Shown: piece by piece, positions 37,846 to 49,205 of the stretch
Layout of the letters: each line of letters opens with the position of its first letter
How positions within the stretch are numbered: the stretch's first letter is position 1
Assembly (NCBI RefSeq): GCF_016432865.1
Contig: NC_067401.1
Span: forward strand, 296,980,001 to 297,044,000
Length of the DNA stretch: 64,000 nt
Direction of reading: 5' to 3'
DNA from: Antechinus flavipes
Taxonomy: Eukaryota
Translations under genes and position numbers: made by a program
The notes under the pieces: generated by a model
What the model saw: only the letters and a program-made list of their open reading frames with translations
Told to the model about the DNA's origin: nothing
Database searches by the model: none

Positions 37846-38035
37846 CAGAGGTGTCAGGCACACTTCCTAAAGGCTGTATGGCCAATAACACTCCCAAATG
37901 CTGCCTGAACCAGATGAAAATTTAATTAGGAAATAATGAACAAAACAAACAAACAAAACCATAATAGAAGACAGATACTGCAAATATGTTGTTTTATAAG
38001 ACTATATGTTTTAGTGGCCCCTTTTTGATTTAATT
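37846..38035 (+). mobile_element. hAT-type MITE, copy 3
   Basis: CAGAGGTGTCA...AACACTCCCAAATGCTGCCTGAACCAGATGAAAATTTAATTAGGAAA...TTTAGTGGCCCC. Confidence 0.65.
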
Positions 38036-38244
38036 TTAAAAACCAATGATCAAGAATATTCCTAACTATTCTCTAGCCCACTGGAAAAAGTTTAATCAGC
38101 TGCCAAGTCTAATTGGTGCTACCTCAGTTTCTATCCCTAAGTAATATTAGCTTAATACAATCTATCATCTATTTTTGTTCTATAAGAAATGATCAATAAT
38201 GTTGTAAAAAATTACCCTGGCATGGGTTCTGTCAATAAAAAGTT

Positions 38245-38770
38245 ATTTTAAAAAAATGATCAACAGCATGATTTCAGAGAGGGCCAGAGAGACTTACATG
38301 AACTGATGCAAAGTGAAGTAAACAGAACCAGGAGATCATTGTACACAGCATAAACAAGATTATATGATGATCAATTTTGATGGACATGGCTCTTCTCAAC
38401 AATGAAATGACTTATGCCAGTTCCAGTGATCTTGTGATGAAGAGAGCCATCTACACCCGAGAGAGGACAGTGGGAACTGAGTGTGGATCACAATGTAGCA
38501 TTTTCACTTCTTTTGTTGTTGTTTGCTTGAATTTTATTTTCTTTCTCATTTTTTCTTTTTTGATCTGATTTTTCTTATGCAGCAAGATAATTATATAAAC
38601 AGATATGCCTATATTAAATTTACATATATTTTTGCCATGTTTAACATATGTTGGATTACTTGCCATCTAGGGGAAAGGGGGGAATTGGAACACAAGGTTT
38701 TGCAAAGGTCAGTGTTGAAAAATTATCCTTGCATATGTTTTGAAAATAAAAAAGCTTCGATTAAAAAATA
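38245..38770 (+). mobile_element. L1 3' end (marsupial), 5'-truncated
   Basis: GAGAGACTTACATGAACTGATGC...AGAACCAGGAGATCATTGTACAC...GAAAATAAAAAAGC A-rich end. Confidence 0.9.
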
Positions 38771-38926
38771 CATTCTCTCCTCATACTTAAATGACTCAAA
38801 ATGTGTTTCGTGGGGAGATGCCACCAGCACCACTGCAGAAGAGCCATGGAAATCACCTCTTGGATTCAATGTGCCAAAGAAATCACCTCTGTCCCTGACC
38901 CCTTTACCCCACCACTCTCAGGAGCC

Positions 38927-39473
38927 ATGGGTAGCTTGAGACAATGCTTCCAGAGGTTCTTGAAGCAGAAAAACATTATCACAGATGTCTTCAGGAAGCT
39001 GAGGAGATCACCAGTATCAAAAAGTACTACTTGGCTACAAATTCTATCTTCTTCATGGCTCTCTATCTCATATTTGGCTATGGTGCCTCCTTGCTTTGCA
39101 GTCTCATTGGATTCATCTACCCAGCATATGACTCCATCAAAGCCATTGAAAGCCTCAACAAAGATGATTTAACTCATCTAGTGGCTGGAATATAGCACAT
39201 GTAGTCTGGCTGACTTTTTCTCTGACATCTTACTTTCTGGTTCCCCTTCTTCTCTGCAGGAAAATGTGCCTTCTTGCTATGGTACATACTTCCAGTGGTC
39301 TGAAATGGCTCGCAGATCTTGTATTATTACTTGATCCACCCCATTTCCTGATGCATCAAGCTTCCATGGACAGTCTGGTGACTTACCTAAGTGGCCAAAC
39401 CTTGGACATGGCAACCAGTTTGAACCAGAAAGCAACCAAGGCAGGCATGACTCACCTACAGAAGAATAAGTGA
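38927..39473 (+). pseudogene. REEP6: Processed (intronless) REEP6-like pseudogene
   Basis: GCCATG then [22 protein letters not shown](-1)..[72 protein letters not shown]. No introns, several frameshifts, TGA at 39301. N- and C-termini fit REEP6 better than REEP5. Putative 3'UTR runs to A-tracts at about 39819-39850. Confidence 0.85.
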
Positions 39474-40304
39474 AGAGATCACTCTTGAGCCAGAGGCTTC
39501 TAATGTTCAGTCATTAGACTGAAAAGCCTCCTCCTAACCCCCTTAGGTTCAGGAACTATGACTCCCCAATTCTGGCTCATATTCATGCAGCTGTCTCTTT
39601 CCTCATGGGCTTTAGGGCACTCCCAAGATTGGGAGATGGGGTGAATATGGTAGGGACTTCTGCCTATCTAAATTCTAACAGCACCCCTTAAGAGTCTGTT
39701 GTTGTTCAGACTGTTCTAAGTATACCATTGACCTCTGTCTCTGGCCCCTTCCACACACCACTAGTCTCACCCCAGGACTCTTGGAGTGTCCTGACTATTC
39801 CAGTTGCCCATGTATTAGGAAAAAAAAAGAAGTCTACACAGAAAAAAAAATACTGTATGCTATACAAGAAAGAATGCTACACTGGGGAGTTAAAGGACCT
39901 GGGTTTAATTCCTGGATCTACTTCTTACTATTTTGGCAGATATTTAACTTCTTTAGGTCTTCATTTCTTGTAAAACTAAGAGGTTGGTATAGTTAAGCAA
40001 CAAGATATTCTCTAATGATCTGGTATAATTAAAACAATTTAAATAAAGGTTCAAGGATGATTTAGTATTGTAACATAAATAGTAGAATACATAAGAAATC
40101 ATCAGAAGAAAAAAGATAAGTAAGTTACCAGGGTTTCAGTGTCAGAAAGCAAAAATACTTCTTTACAATAAAGGATTGGACATAGAGAAAAAAAGGAATT
40201 TCAAAGAAAAACTTGCAATGCAACATGTTTTTGTAAATCAGCTATTTGTTGATATATTAGTCAATGTGAAAAAAATTAATAAAACTAGTGAAATTCCTTA
40301 CAAA

Positions 40305-40535
40305 CAAAGGTTTTTAACCTGGAATACATTGGCCTCCAAGGAATTTATGGATAGATCATAGGGAGTATATGAATTTGCATAGGAAAATGTGCATCTTTAT
40401 TTTTACAAGTCTTACATTTCCTTTGTAAGTTGTATATTTTATTTTATGCACTTGAAAACTTTGTTCTGAGAAGGGGTCCACAGGTTTTATTAGATTGCCA
40501 AATAGGTGCATGACACAAACCAAGGTTAAGAAAAG
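40305..40535 (+). mobile_element. Charlie4-like short element
   Basis: GGTTTTTAACCTGG...TGTTCTGAGAAGGGGTCCACAGG...CATGACACAAACCAAGGTTAAGAA. Confidence 0.7.
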
Positions 40536-41467
40536 AAGGAGATTAAAATGTTCTAAGAATGGACATGGAAGGAAAACCATTAGCTAACCACTTCATGGAT
40601 TCAGAATGCTTGCACCAACTTGGTAATTCAACCCCAGCAAAGCTTTCAGCAATCAGTGTGGCTCCTTATTGCATAAAGATTTGGGGAAGCATTTTCTTCT
40701 GCCTCTTCTCCCTCCTCTCCTCTCTTTTCTTTTTTCTTTCCCTTAAAGTCACTTCATAGAAAGCCTACAGGTCAAACTGCCTTAAAACAGATATTCCAAG
40801 CAAAGGCTGAATGTACTTCAGGAGTCCACGCCTAAGAGGGAAATATCAAAATAAAGACTTCCAAGTAACCCTGGATATTTACAGACGAGACATATGCCAG
40901 CTGACTAGCTATGTTTAGAATGGCCGAGGAGCATTTAGATTTGTTTCCTGTAGAAGTATCTGGGACTGATGAGGTGATGTTTACACAAATGTGAGGATGA
41001 AGTCACTAGGATATTTTTACTTGATATACAGATATGTTATTAATCCTTTCTCCTCATCCCCTTTCTACTCCATTAGGTCAGTAGGACCACAGAATATATG
41101 TAGCACTGACTCTTTATAATCTAAATATTCATGTGTCAGAATTTTAAAAAACTAAAGTCTTTCCATTAGACATTTTCTTTTTATACTGCTCACCACATTT
41201 CAAAAGTAATAAGCAATTCAACAGATTCTGTTTTGTTAAATGCCTTTGTTGGCTGGAGTCTGACCTTTAAATGGATTGCCTTGCTATTTCTAGTCACAGA
41301 ATTCTTCTTTTGTGTCATTCATTTTGTTTGTTCTTTCTAGGCATGAGGTTCTGCTTAATCCTATTCCCTCACCTAGAAGTGATCCTTTTCCTCTTAAGAA
41401 TTCTCATAGAATCTGTAACTCTCATGCCCTTTTCACACACTAACTTTCACTGTGACAGCTAGAAGGC

Positions 41468-41940
41468 TTAGTGGATAGAGCTCTGGATCTGGAGTCAGGA
41501 AGAACTGAGTTCAAACTCAGACACTTATCAGTTCTGTGATCTTGGGCAAGTCACTTAATCTATATTTGCCCTAATGGAGCAGGAAATGAACTAAGCCCTC
41601 CAGTGTCTTTGCCAAGAAAGATCAACCATAAATGATATGGTTGATGATAAAGAGAGGGTGAACAACTTCTCAACCTTCCTAGTCATCTATATTCATCAGC
41701 TGCATTTTGAGGCAACTAGGTGATACAGTAGCTAGAGCCTTAGCTCCAAGAAGATTCATTTCACGAGTTCAAATCCGGGCTCAGACACTTACTAGATGTG
41801 TGACCCTGGGCAAAGCACTCATCCATGTTTACCTCAGTTTCTTCATTTGTAAAATAAGTTGGGAGAAACTTTGCCAAAAAAAAAAAAAACCCTCAAATGA
41901 GGTTCTAAGAGTTAGAGACACCAGAACAACAATAATAATA
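41468..41940 (+). mobile_element. Two adjacent Mar1/core-SINE copies (about 41468-41625 and 41710-41940)
   Basis: Each has GAGTTCAAA...CAGACACTTA...GTGA.C.TGGGCAA...TTTGCCAA. Confidence 0.75.
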
Positions 41941-42434
41941 ACAGAGAGACTTGAGTTGTTGTTTTTTTGAAATTAACGGGCAAAATACAGCACCCAAACA
42001 ATTAGAATAACAAAGACAGAACTGTGGATTGGAGGATTGGAGGACAATGATCTTGTTTACTTAGTTTAATTTGCGTTCTGGCTTAAATTCATATGCATGT
42101 CAAACCAGAGAGGATTTGTAGGGTATCCCAAAGTATATAATACTAAGTATTATCCTCAAAACTAAAACTTTAAAAGATGGGAAAAGACAATTTTTGCTCT
42201 CAAAGAACTTATAATTTGGTTCAGGAGAGAGAAATACACTACAGTAGTTCCTCTCAAAAAAGAAGTCCTCAGAATTATTATATGGTTCTCTGTGGATTTG
42301 ACTCCACTCAAAATCTATAACAATAATCCTTACTGATGTATTTTCCTCCCATTAGTCAGTCAGATCAAAACATATGCATAGAAGCACCCTTCTTTAATAT
42401 CAAAAAGATATATTTTAAAACTATGAACTAGTAT

Positions 42435-45170
42435 TGTTTTCAGTGGAGAAATACTAAAAACTTTCCAAAAACAAACTTGGATAAAATAAGAATATCTATT
42501 CTCCCCATTATGATTAGCATCTGGAAATGCTATTTAACCTCTCGAGGTCTTAATTTTTTGATCTATAAAATTAGAAGATTGGTATAATTGAGCAATATGA
42601 TCTTTTTTCATCCTAAATCTATGATACAGTACAATTAAAGTAATTTAAATAAAAGCTCAAGTGATTTATCACAAGAAAACAAAGTGATGTAAAGAATTAA
42701 CAAAAATATAAAATCCTCTCATTCAAAATGACCAAAACGTATATGTTTAAATATCAAATAATCAATGAAGAAAATGAATTGAGAAATAGCTTCATTAAAT
42801 TAGCAGGATGCAAAATAAATACACAAATAAAATTTGCCTTTCTATATGCTATTTAAAAAAGCAGAAATAGATATATTTCATTCAAAATAGTTAAAAACAT
42901 AAATATGAAAAATATGGATTTATATGAATATAACTGCAAAATAATTTTTCACTAATAAAAGGATGCAAGTAATTATAGAATTAGTCAGTCCTCATAATTG
43001 GACTATTAAAAATAACAATACTATCTAAATTAATTTACAGATTTTGCACTCTAGCAATCAAGTTGCAGAGATAATATTTTGTAGAATGTGAAAAAAAATC
43101 ATTATCTTAAGGAAGATATAAGAGGAAAGACTGAATAGAGAAAAATGTAGTATTACCAGATCCCTATTGTAAAGCAATTGTCATTGAAACTCTTTAACAC
43201 TGTTAAAAATGACAACAACAGGAAAGTAGATCAGTAACAGCAAATTTTGAAGCAGAAAAAAGAAAGAGAAGACATTTTGAGAAGCCTAAGAAACTAAATT
43301 CCTGACAATAGGGCTTTGTTTTTGATAAATACATAAGGAAAATCTGAAAAACAAATTAGCAGAAATTAGGATTAGATGAGTACCTTATGCCACAAACCCA
43401 AAATACTCTAAATGGATATATAATCTAAATATGAAGGATTACAGTATTTTTAAAAAGATAGAGAATATGTTTAGATATCTTTCACAGCAATGGTAGGGGG
43501 AGAATTCTTACTGAAATAAACTATTTTCACCAACTGTAATCAAAATCTGATATCCAAAATATATAGGAGTTGATATATGATTATATTACGCTAAGGGCCA
43601 CTCCCCAATAAATTTAAAGATATGTTTGTATTTCAAAAACATTACAATTATAAATTAATACATGAAAGCATACACCAAATTTCTAATAGTATGAAAAATA
43701 CAAATTAAACAATTCTAAGGATTTACCTCACATCCTGAAATTTGACAAAGGTAACGAAAAATAAACCAGTAACAATCAAAGTTGGAGGTGCTGTGGGAGA
43801 ACCAGGACATGAGCATATTTTGGTAAAGTTGTAAAATTAATAAATAATCTACATTTGTCTAAGGATATCAATAGTCAGATTCTGACAGAAGAAATCTAGA
43901 TGATTTTATAACTATATGAAAAAAAGATGCTCTAAACCATTGATAATTGGAGAAATGCAAATAAGATTCCATTCCATACACAACAAGTTGGCAAAGAATA
44001 CATAAAGAGAAATAATAAATATTGGAGAAGCTGTGTGGAAAAAGTATATATTCTCCAATTGATAAAATCAAAATATAAGAACATGTAGCTTTCAGAAGAA
44101 GAAATCAAATCTATCTGTAGTCCTATGAAAAAATGTTCTAAAATCAATACTGATTGATTGTTTTTCAGTTATTTTAGTTGTGTTCAACTCTTTATGACCC
44201 CTATTTGGGATTTTCTTGGAAAAAATAGTTTGACATTTTTTTCTCCAGTTCATTTTACCTATAAGGAAATTGTGGCAAAGCTAAGTGACTTGTCCAGTGT
44301 CATACATCTAGTAAGTGTCTGAGGCCACATTTGAACTCAGGAAGGGAATCGTCTTGACTTCAGGCTCAGCACTCTATCTCCTGTACTATCTAGATGCACA
44401 AATCACTGTTGATTAGAGAAAGGGAAATTAAAACAACCCTGAAGAACTATCTCATATCTATCAGATTAGTTAATATGACAAAAAAAGAATATGACAAATG
44501 TTGGAGGGTATGTGGGGAAATAGGGAAACAAATGCATTGTTGGAGTATAGTTGCAAACTAGATCAACCATTCTGGAGAATCATTTGGAACTATTCCCAAA
44601 GAGTTATCAAATTTCTGAAAACTACTCACCCTTTGACCTAGCAACACCAATACAAAGTCTATATCCCAAGGAGATCAAAGAAAAAAAATATTTATAGTAG
44701 CCCTTTTTAGTGGTAAAAAATGGAAATTGAGGTGATATCCATCAATTGAGGAATGGCTGAAAAAGTTGTGATATATGATGGAATACTATTGTGTAATACG
44801 AAATGATGAGAAAGATTTCAGGAAAAACTGGCAGACTGTAGTAAGCAGTTCTAGGAGAACATTATATACAGTAATAGTAAATTTGTATGATGATCAACTG
44901 TAAGTGATGAAGGCAATAATCCAAGACAATTCTGAAGGACTTATGATTAAAAATGCTACCCATCTTTAAAGAGAGTGAATATTGAAATATATTGAAATAT
45001 GTTTTTCAGTTGATTTTTCTTGCTATATTTGCAACATAGTTAATGTATGAAAATGTTTTACATAATTTCATATGCATGGGTGAGATCAAATTTCTTGCCT
45101 TCTTAATGAGTATAAGTGAAGAGAATTCAGAATAGAATTTTTAAAATAACTGTTAAAAAGTAAATCATAA
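42435..45170 (+). mobile_element. Old degraded L1 ORF2/3'UTR with nested fragments, interrupted by MIR and Mar1
   Basis: RT-like NGE.LK.F..GI..ECPLSP remnant at about 42440-42530. CCHC-region remnants at about 43655, 43910 and 44090/44400. CCATCAATTGAGGAATGGCTG end motif at about 44740. Confidence 0.8.
44156..44399 (-). mobile_element. Mar1 SINE inserted into L1, with 15-bp TSD
   Basis: Flanked by AAATCAATACTGATT (44141-44155) and AAATCACTGTTGATT (44400-44414), 12/15 identical. Confidence 0.88.
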
Positions 45171-46489
45171 ATTTATTTTTTAAAAAGAACTCCATATTTT
45201 ATATAAATTTTCCTTGCTATTATTGTTTCAGAAACATGTTTTAAATATATATCAGTTTTCCATGTGTATATCAGATATTCTGGTATTCTTAAAGAATGTT
45301 CTTGAGCATATTTTAAACATGAATAAGCTATGAACATAGAACTGAGTCAAAAGTTTTGTGATAATCAACAAAAACAGTATGTAGGTTATTATTATGGTAT
45401 TTGGGAGATGACTTGTTCAATAGTTATTTAATTGATAAGTACTCTTTACAACCCTGGAATGTTTTTTTTTAATCCTTAGTCCATTTTAAGTATATTTCTA
45501 GTTTGCTTGTTTTAGTAATCAGTATATCTGTACAGAAGCATTTCTGGAAGATGGAGTATTGGTAGTGTTGATTTGTTCCAAAGTGTCCTTCCCTCTTGTG
45601 GTAGTAGCACTGTATCTGGCATATAAGCATCTAATAAATGTTTTATCTAGTCATTTCTATCTAGATAGTTAGATATCCATCCATTACCTATCTACCAATA
45701 CATGAAGAAACATTAATACCAAAACACCAAGAAAACTAATACTCATTTATCATCTGTCTCAAGCTAACCATCAAAATGATATTACAAAGAACCAGACTGC
45801 AACTTTCTACCTCTTAATCTATTGCTCATCATTATAGGAGCACTTTTATCATGTTGGCTGGGGAATTTGCTTAATTAATGGTGTCAGAACCCAATTTGTT
45901 GATTTAATGGTTGATTTTAGTGGAGTAGCCAAATTTTGATCTAGGATTATTTCAGAGCAATTCTCATTAAAAATCAAATAAACAAAAAACAAAACACACT
46001 CACACAATCTCTCTCACTTATGACTGTTTTAAATTGTAAGATCAGGTTCTATGTCCACATAATTCCTTTTATTCAAGACCATATTATAGTTTTATCTATG
46101 CAAAATAATGTACAAAGAGAAATAATAACAGTAGTAACTAACATTTATATAGGGTTTACTATGTGCCAGACATTTATTAAGCACTTTACAATTATTACCC
46201 AATTTGATTTTCATTAATAGCACATTGTTGTGATGTTTGGGAATCCCAGGGGTTCTGGGACCATACTTTGAGAACCACTATCTTATTCCATTTGGGGCAT
46301 TATCCTTAGTACTGAGTATGCAAAGAAAAAAAAATAGAAAAGAATCCCTACCTTTAAAGAGGTCACATTTAATCAGGGAAGACAAGTTCTTGAATTCCTT
46401 ATCATACCATTTACTCATTTTGACACAGTGGTCCACTAAAACTCCCAGATAATTTTCAAATGAACTGCTTAGGTATACTTCTTCACCCT

Positions 46490-46700
46490 TTATACTACAG
46501 AAGGTGCTTCCTTAAACCCAAGAACAAGACTTTCCATTTATCCCTGTAAAATTTAATTTTACTAGATTCATCTAACTGTTCTAACCATCTGAAAGATTTT
46601 TGTGAATCCTGACTGTCATCAAGTATTCTGACTGAACTTTTCACTTTTATGTTAGCAGCAAATTTAGGAAGCAAGCATTTGGTCAAGTCATTGAGAAATG
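46490..46700 (-). mobile_element. CR1/L3 reverse-transcriptase fragment
   Basis: Minus ORF PKFAANIKV...QKSFRWLEQLDESSKIKFYRDKWKVLFLG matches the CR1 RT motif IKFADDTKL...QKDLDRLE.W...MKFNRDKCKVLHLG. Confidence 0.85.
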
Positions 46701-47179
46701 GCTAATTAACTCTACAGTCTTGATTAAAATAATGTAAATTAGGCTAGACTCTTTGAGATGATAGTCTCCTCTAGCCCTGGGGATCCATTAGTCCCAGTAT
46801 TTCTCTCCATTTAATAAACTATTGAATTGGTCTCTAAAAAAAAAAATAAATAAAAAATAATGTAAATTAGAGACTCAAAAAAAGAGATTCCATAATTCTA
46901 GAAAGCATTTAATTTTTTTGAATAGCTTTAACCAAAACATCACTTCTATAGATTATTAATTTAGAGTTGAAAGAGAATTTAGAAAGATCATCTAACCCAA
47001 TACCCTCATTTAATTCATGCAGAAACAGACCCAGAGAGGTTAATTGGCATTTTTGGTGCTTCATAGAAAGTAAGTAGCAAATACAGGATTTGAATGCAGT
47101 CCATCTAATTATGTCCAAATCTATTAAAAAATCCATGAAGCTTTCATATATGATACCCCCCACAAAGGCTTTTCTTTAT

Positions 47180-47929
47180 GAAAATTCATTCTCAGATACC
47201 ACTACACACTTCTCAGATTGGCTAAGATGACAGAAAAAGATAATGATGAATGTTAGAAAGGATATGGGAAAACTGGGACACTGGTGCATTGTTGGTGGAG
47301 TTGTGAAAGGAAGCAACCATTCTAGAGAGCAATTTGGAACAACACTCAAAAAGTTATCAAACTGTGCATACCCTTTTGATCTAGTGTTACTACTACTTAT
47401 TACTACTGGGCTTATATCCCAAAGAGATCTTAAAGGAGGGAAAGGGACCCACATGTGCAAAAATGTTTGTAACAGCCCTTTTTGTAGTGGCTAGAAACTG
47501 GAAACTGAGTGGATGCCCATCAATTGGAGAATGGCTGAGTAAATTGTGGTGTATGAATGTTATGGAATTTTTTTTTTCTGTAAGAAATGACCACTAGGAT
47601 GAATACAGAGAGACTTGGAGAGACTTACATGAACTGATGCTAAGTGAAATGAGCAGAACCAGGAGATCATTATACACTTCAACAACAATACTATATGAGC
47701 ATCAATTCTAATGGAAGTGGTTCTCTTCAACAATGAGAGGATCCAAATCAGTTCCAATTGATCTGTAAAGAATAGAACCAGCTACACCCAATGAAAGAAC
47801 TCTGGGAAATGAGTGTGGACCATGACATAGCATTTATACTCTTTCTGTTGTTCTTTGCTTGCATTTTTGTTTTTCTTCTCAGGTTATTTTTAACCTTTCT
47901 AAATCTGATTTTTTCTTGTGCAGCAAGAC

Positions 47930-47979
<50 letters not shown>

Positions 47980-48000
47980 TATATATATATTTAACATATA
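47180..48000 (+). mobile_element. Younger L1 3' end (ORF2 CCHC region plus 3'UTR)
   Basis: Reads ...GKLGTLVHCWWSCERKQPF.RAIWN..., GGATGCCCATCAATTGGAGAATGGCTGAGTAAATTG, and ends in a (TA)n array. Confidence 0.92.
47933..47990. repeat. (TA)n microsatellite in L1 tail
   Basis: About 29 TA units with one interruption. Confidence 0.97.
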
Positions 48001-48064
48001 TTTTAACATATTTCTGTAAATTTCTGTAAAATTGTTAACAAATTTCTGTAAATAATGAATCTAA

Positions 48065-48545
48065 ACAAATTTTAGAGCATCAGAACATCCAAAAAGATGA
48101 AGTGGAGCATTTTCCAACTGAAGGCAACTTAAAAGCTCAGCAGACCAGGGGGAGAGTCCAGTATTGCAATCGTGGTGCAGGACATGCCAATGCAGCTCCA
48201 GATGTAGTCCTAGCCCCAGTCCTGGGCTCAGCCTGATCTCTGAATCAGTGGCTGTACTGGTGGCTTCCAAATTTCTCAGCCCAGAGACCCCAAAGAGGAC
48301 CTAGAAGTTCAGCAGAAAAGATCTATGACACCATGGTGGGAGTCATGCAATCCCAGTGCAGGCCATGACAATGCAGCCCAGATCCAGTCTCAGCCCCAGT
48401 CTTGGCCCCAGACCCATTCACAGGCCCAGCCCATCCTCTGAATCACTGGCAGTACTGATGGCTTCAAAAACTCTCAGCCCAGAGATACCAAAGAGAACCT
48501 GGAACATCAGCATAAAAGATAAGAAACCAGGGTGGAAACCCAGTG
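48065..48545 (+). mobile_element. L1 5'UTR-like fragment with two ~198-bp tandem units
   Basis: CTCTGAATCAGTGGCTGTACTGGTGGCTTCC... at 48238 recurs as CTCTGAATCACTGGCAGTACTGATGGCTTC... at 48436. Resembles recalled marsupial L1 5'UTR monomers. Confidence 0.6.
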
Positions 48546-48559
48546 CTCAATTCCAAGAT

Positions 48560-49205
48560 TCACCTTTGCAAAACCCCATGTTCCAAATTTTTCTCCCTGT
48601 TTCCCTCCCTTGTTCCTCCCCAAAACAGCAAGCAATCTGATAAAGATTAAACATATGCAATTCTTCTAAACATATTTCTAGAATCATCATACTAATGCAA
48701 GAAAAATCAGATCAAAAGGGAAAAAAGTGAGAAAGGAAAAAAACCCACAAACAAACTAAATTAATTAACAACAAAAAAGGATAAAAATACTATGCTTTGA
48801 TCCACATTTAGTTTCTACAATTCTCTTTCTGAATGTGGATGACATTTTCCATCACAAGCCTATTGGAATTGCCTTGAATCGCCTCATTGATGAAAAGAAC
48901 CACATACATGACAATTAGTCATCACATAATCTTGTTATTAGTGTACAATGTTCTCTTGGTTCTGCTCACTTCATTCAGCATCAGTTTATGTAAATCTTTG
49001 TAAATCGTTTTCTGAATTCAGCCTACTCCTCATTTCTTATAAAATAACAATATTGGCCTTAACTTATTCAGCCATTCCCCAACTGATAGGCATTCACTCA
49101 ATTTGCAGTTCCTTGCCACTATAAAAAGGGTTGCCACATTTTTGCATGTGTGGCTCCTTTTCCCTCTTTTACAATCTTCTTGTGATATCGACCCAGTAGA
49201 GGCAA
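48560..49205 (-). mobile_element. L1 3' end, minus strand
   Basis: Reverse complement of the same motifs as 38245-38770 (GTGTACAATGTTCTCTTGGTTCTGCTCACTTCATTCAGCATCAGT; TTATTCAGCCATTCCCCAACTGAT). Confidence 0.9.

Noticed and set aside
40630-41200. Short matches to ROS1 exon 42 (GAAAGCTTT near 40640; GAATTTTAAAAAACTAAAGTCTTT near 41140)
   Set aside because: Isolated 8-12-nt matches with no extension or splice sites; consistent with chance in AT-rich DNA.
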